Assembly: GCF_001194135.2 (NCBI RefSeq)
Contig: NC_068993.1
Coordinates: 19,526,207-19,590,206 of the forward strand
Direction of reading: 5' to 3'
Source: Octopus bimaculoides
Lineage: Eukaryota
DNA length: 64,000 nucleotides
Shown: in pieces, positions 63,986-64,000 of the stretch
Numbering within the stretch: the stretch's first letter is position 1
Layout of the letters: each line of letters opens with the position of its first letter
Made by a program: the position numbers and the translations under genes
Notes under the pieces: generated by a model
Told to the model about the DNA's origin: nothing
Seen by the model: the letters and a program-made list of their open reading frames with translations, nothing else
Database searches by the model: none

Positions 63986-64000
63986 TGCAAGAATATATAT

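Overview
This is AT-rich, repeat-dense eukaryotic DNA from a gapped short-read assembly. It has 11 N-runs, most beside (TA)n or (CA)n tracts. The SINE families and microsatellite load suggest a coleoid cephalopod, most likely Octopus; this is inferred from pattern recognition, not a search. No host protein-coding exon, rRNA, true tRNA gene or CRISPR array could be supported, and nearly all listed ORFs come from microsatellites, gaps or SINEs. The recognisable content is: a full-length but dead Hsmar1-like mariner (25225-26485); a decayed DD37D (maT-type) transposase (~49.3-50.1 kb); a mariner MITE; many decayed non-LTR retrotransposon pieces (R4/Dong-like RLE, RTE, CR1-like, Penelope-like); at least three tRNA-derived SINE families that share modules; and two long fold-back inverted repeats (14575-15433 and 54954-55546). 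The most notable items are several minimal type I hammerhead-ribozyme-like motifs that all read CCGANGA instead of CUGANGA (best at 59296-59350, minus strand), and a GC-rich ~1 kb broken ORF resembling a LINE ORF1, with 5' tandem monomers and no adjacent RT (59896-61211, minus strand). All alignments and identities were judged by eye and are approximate.
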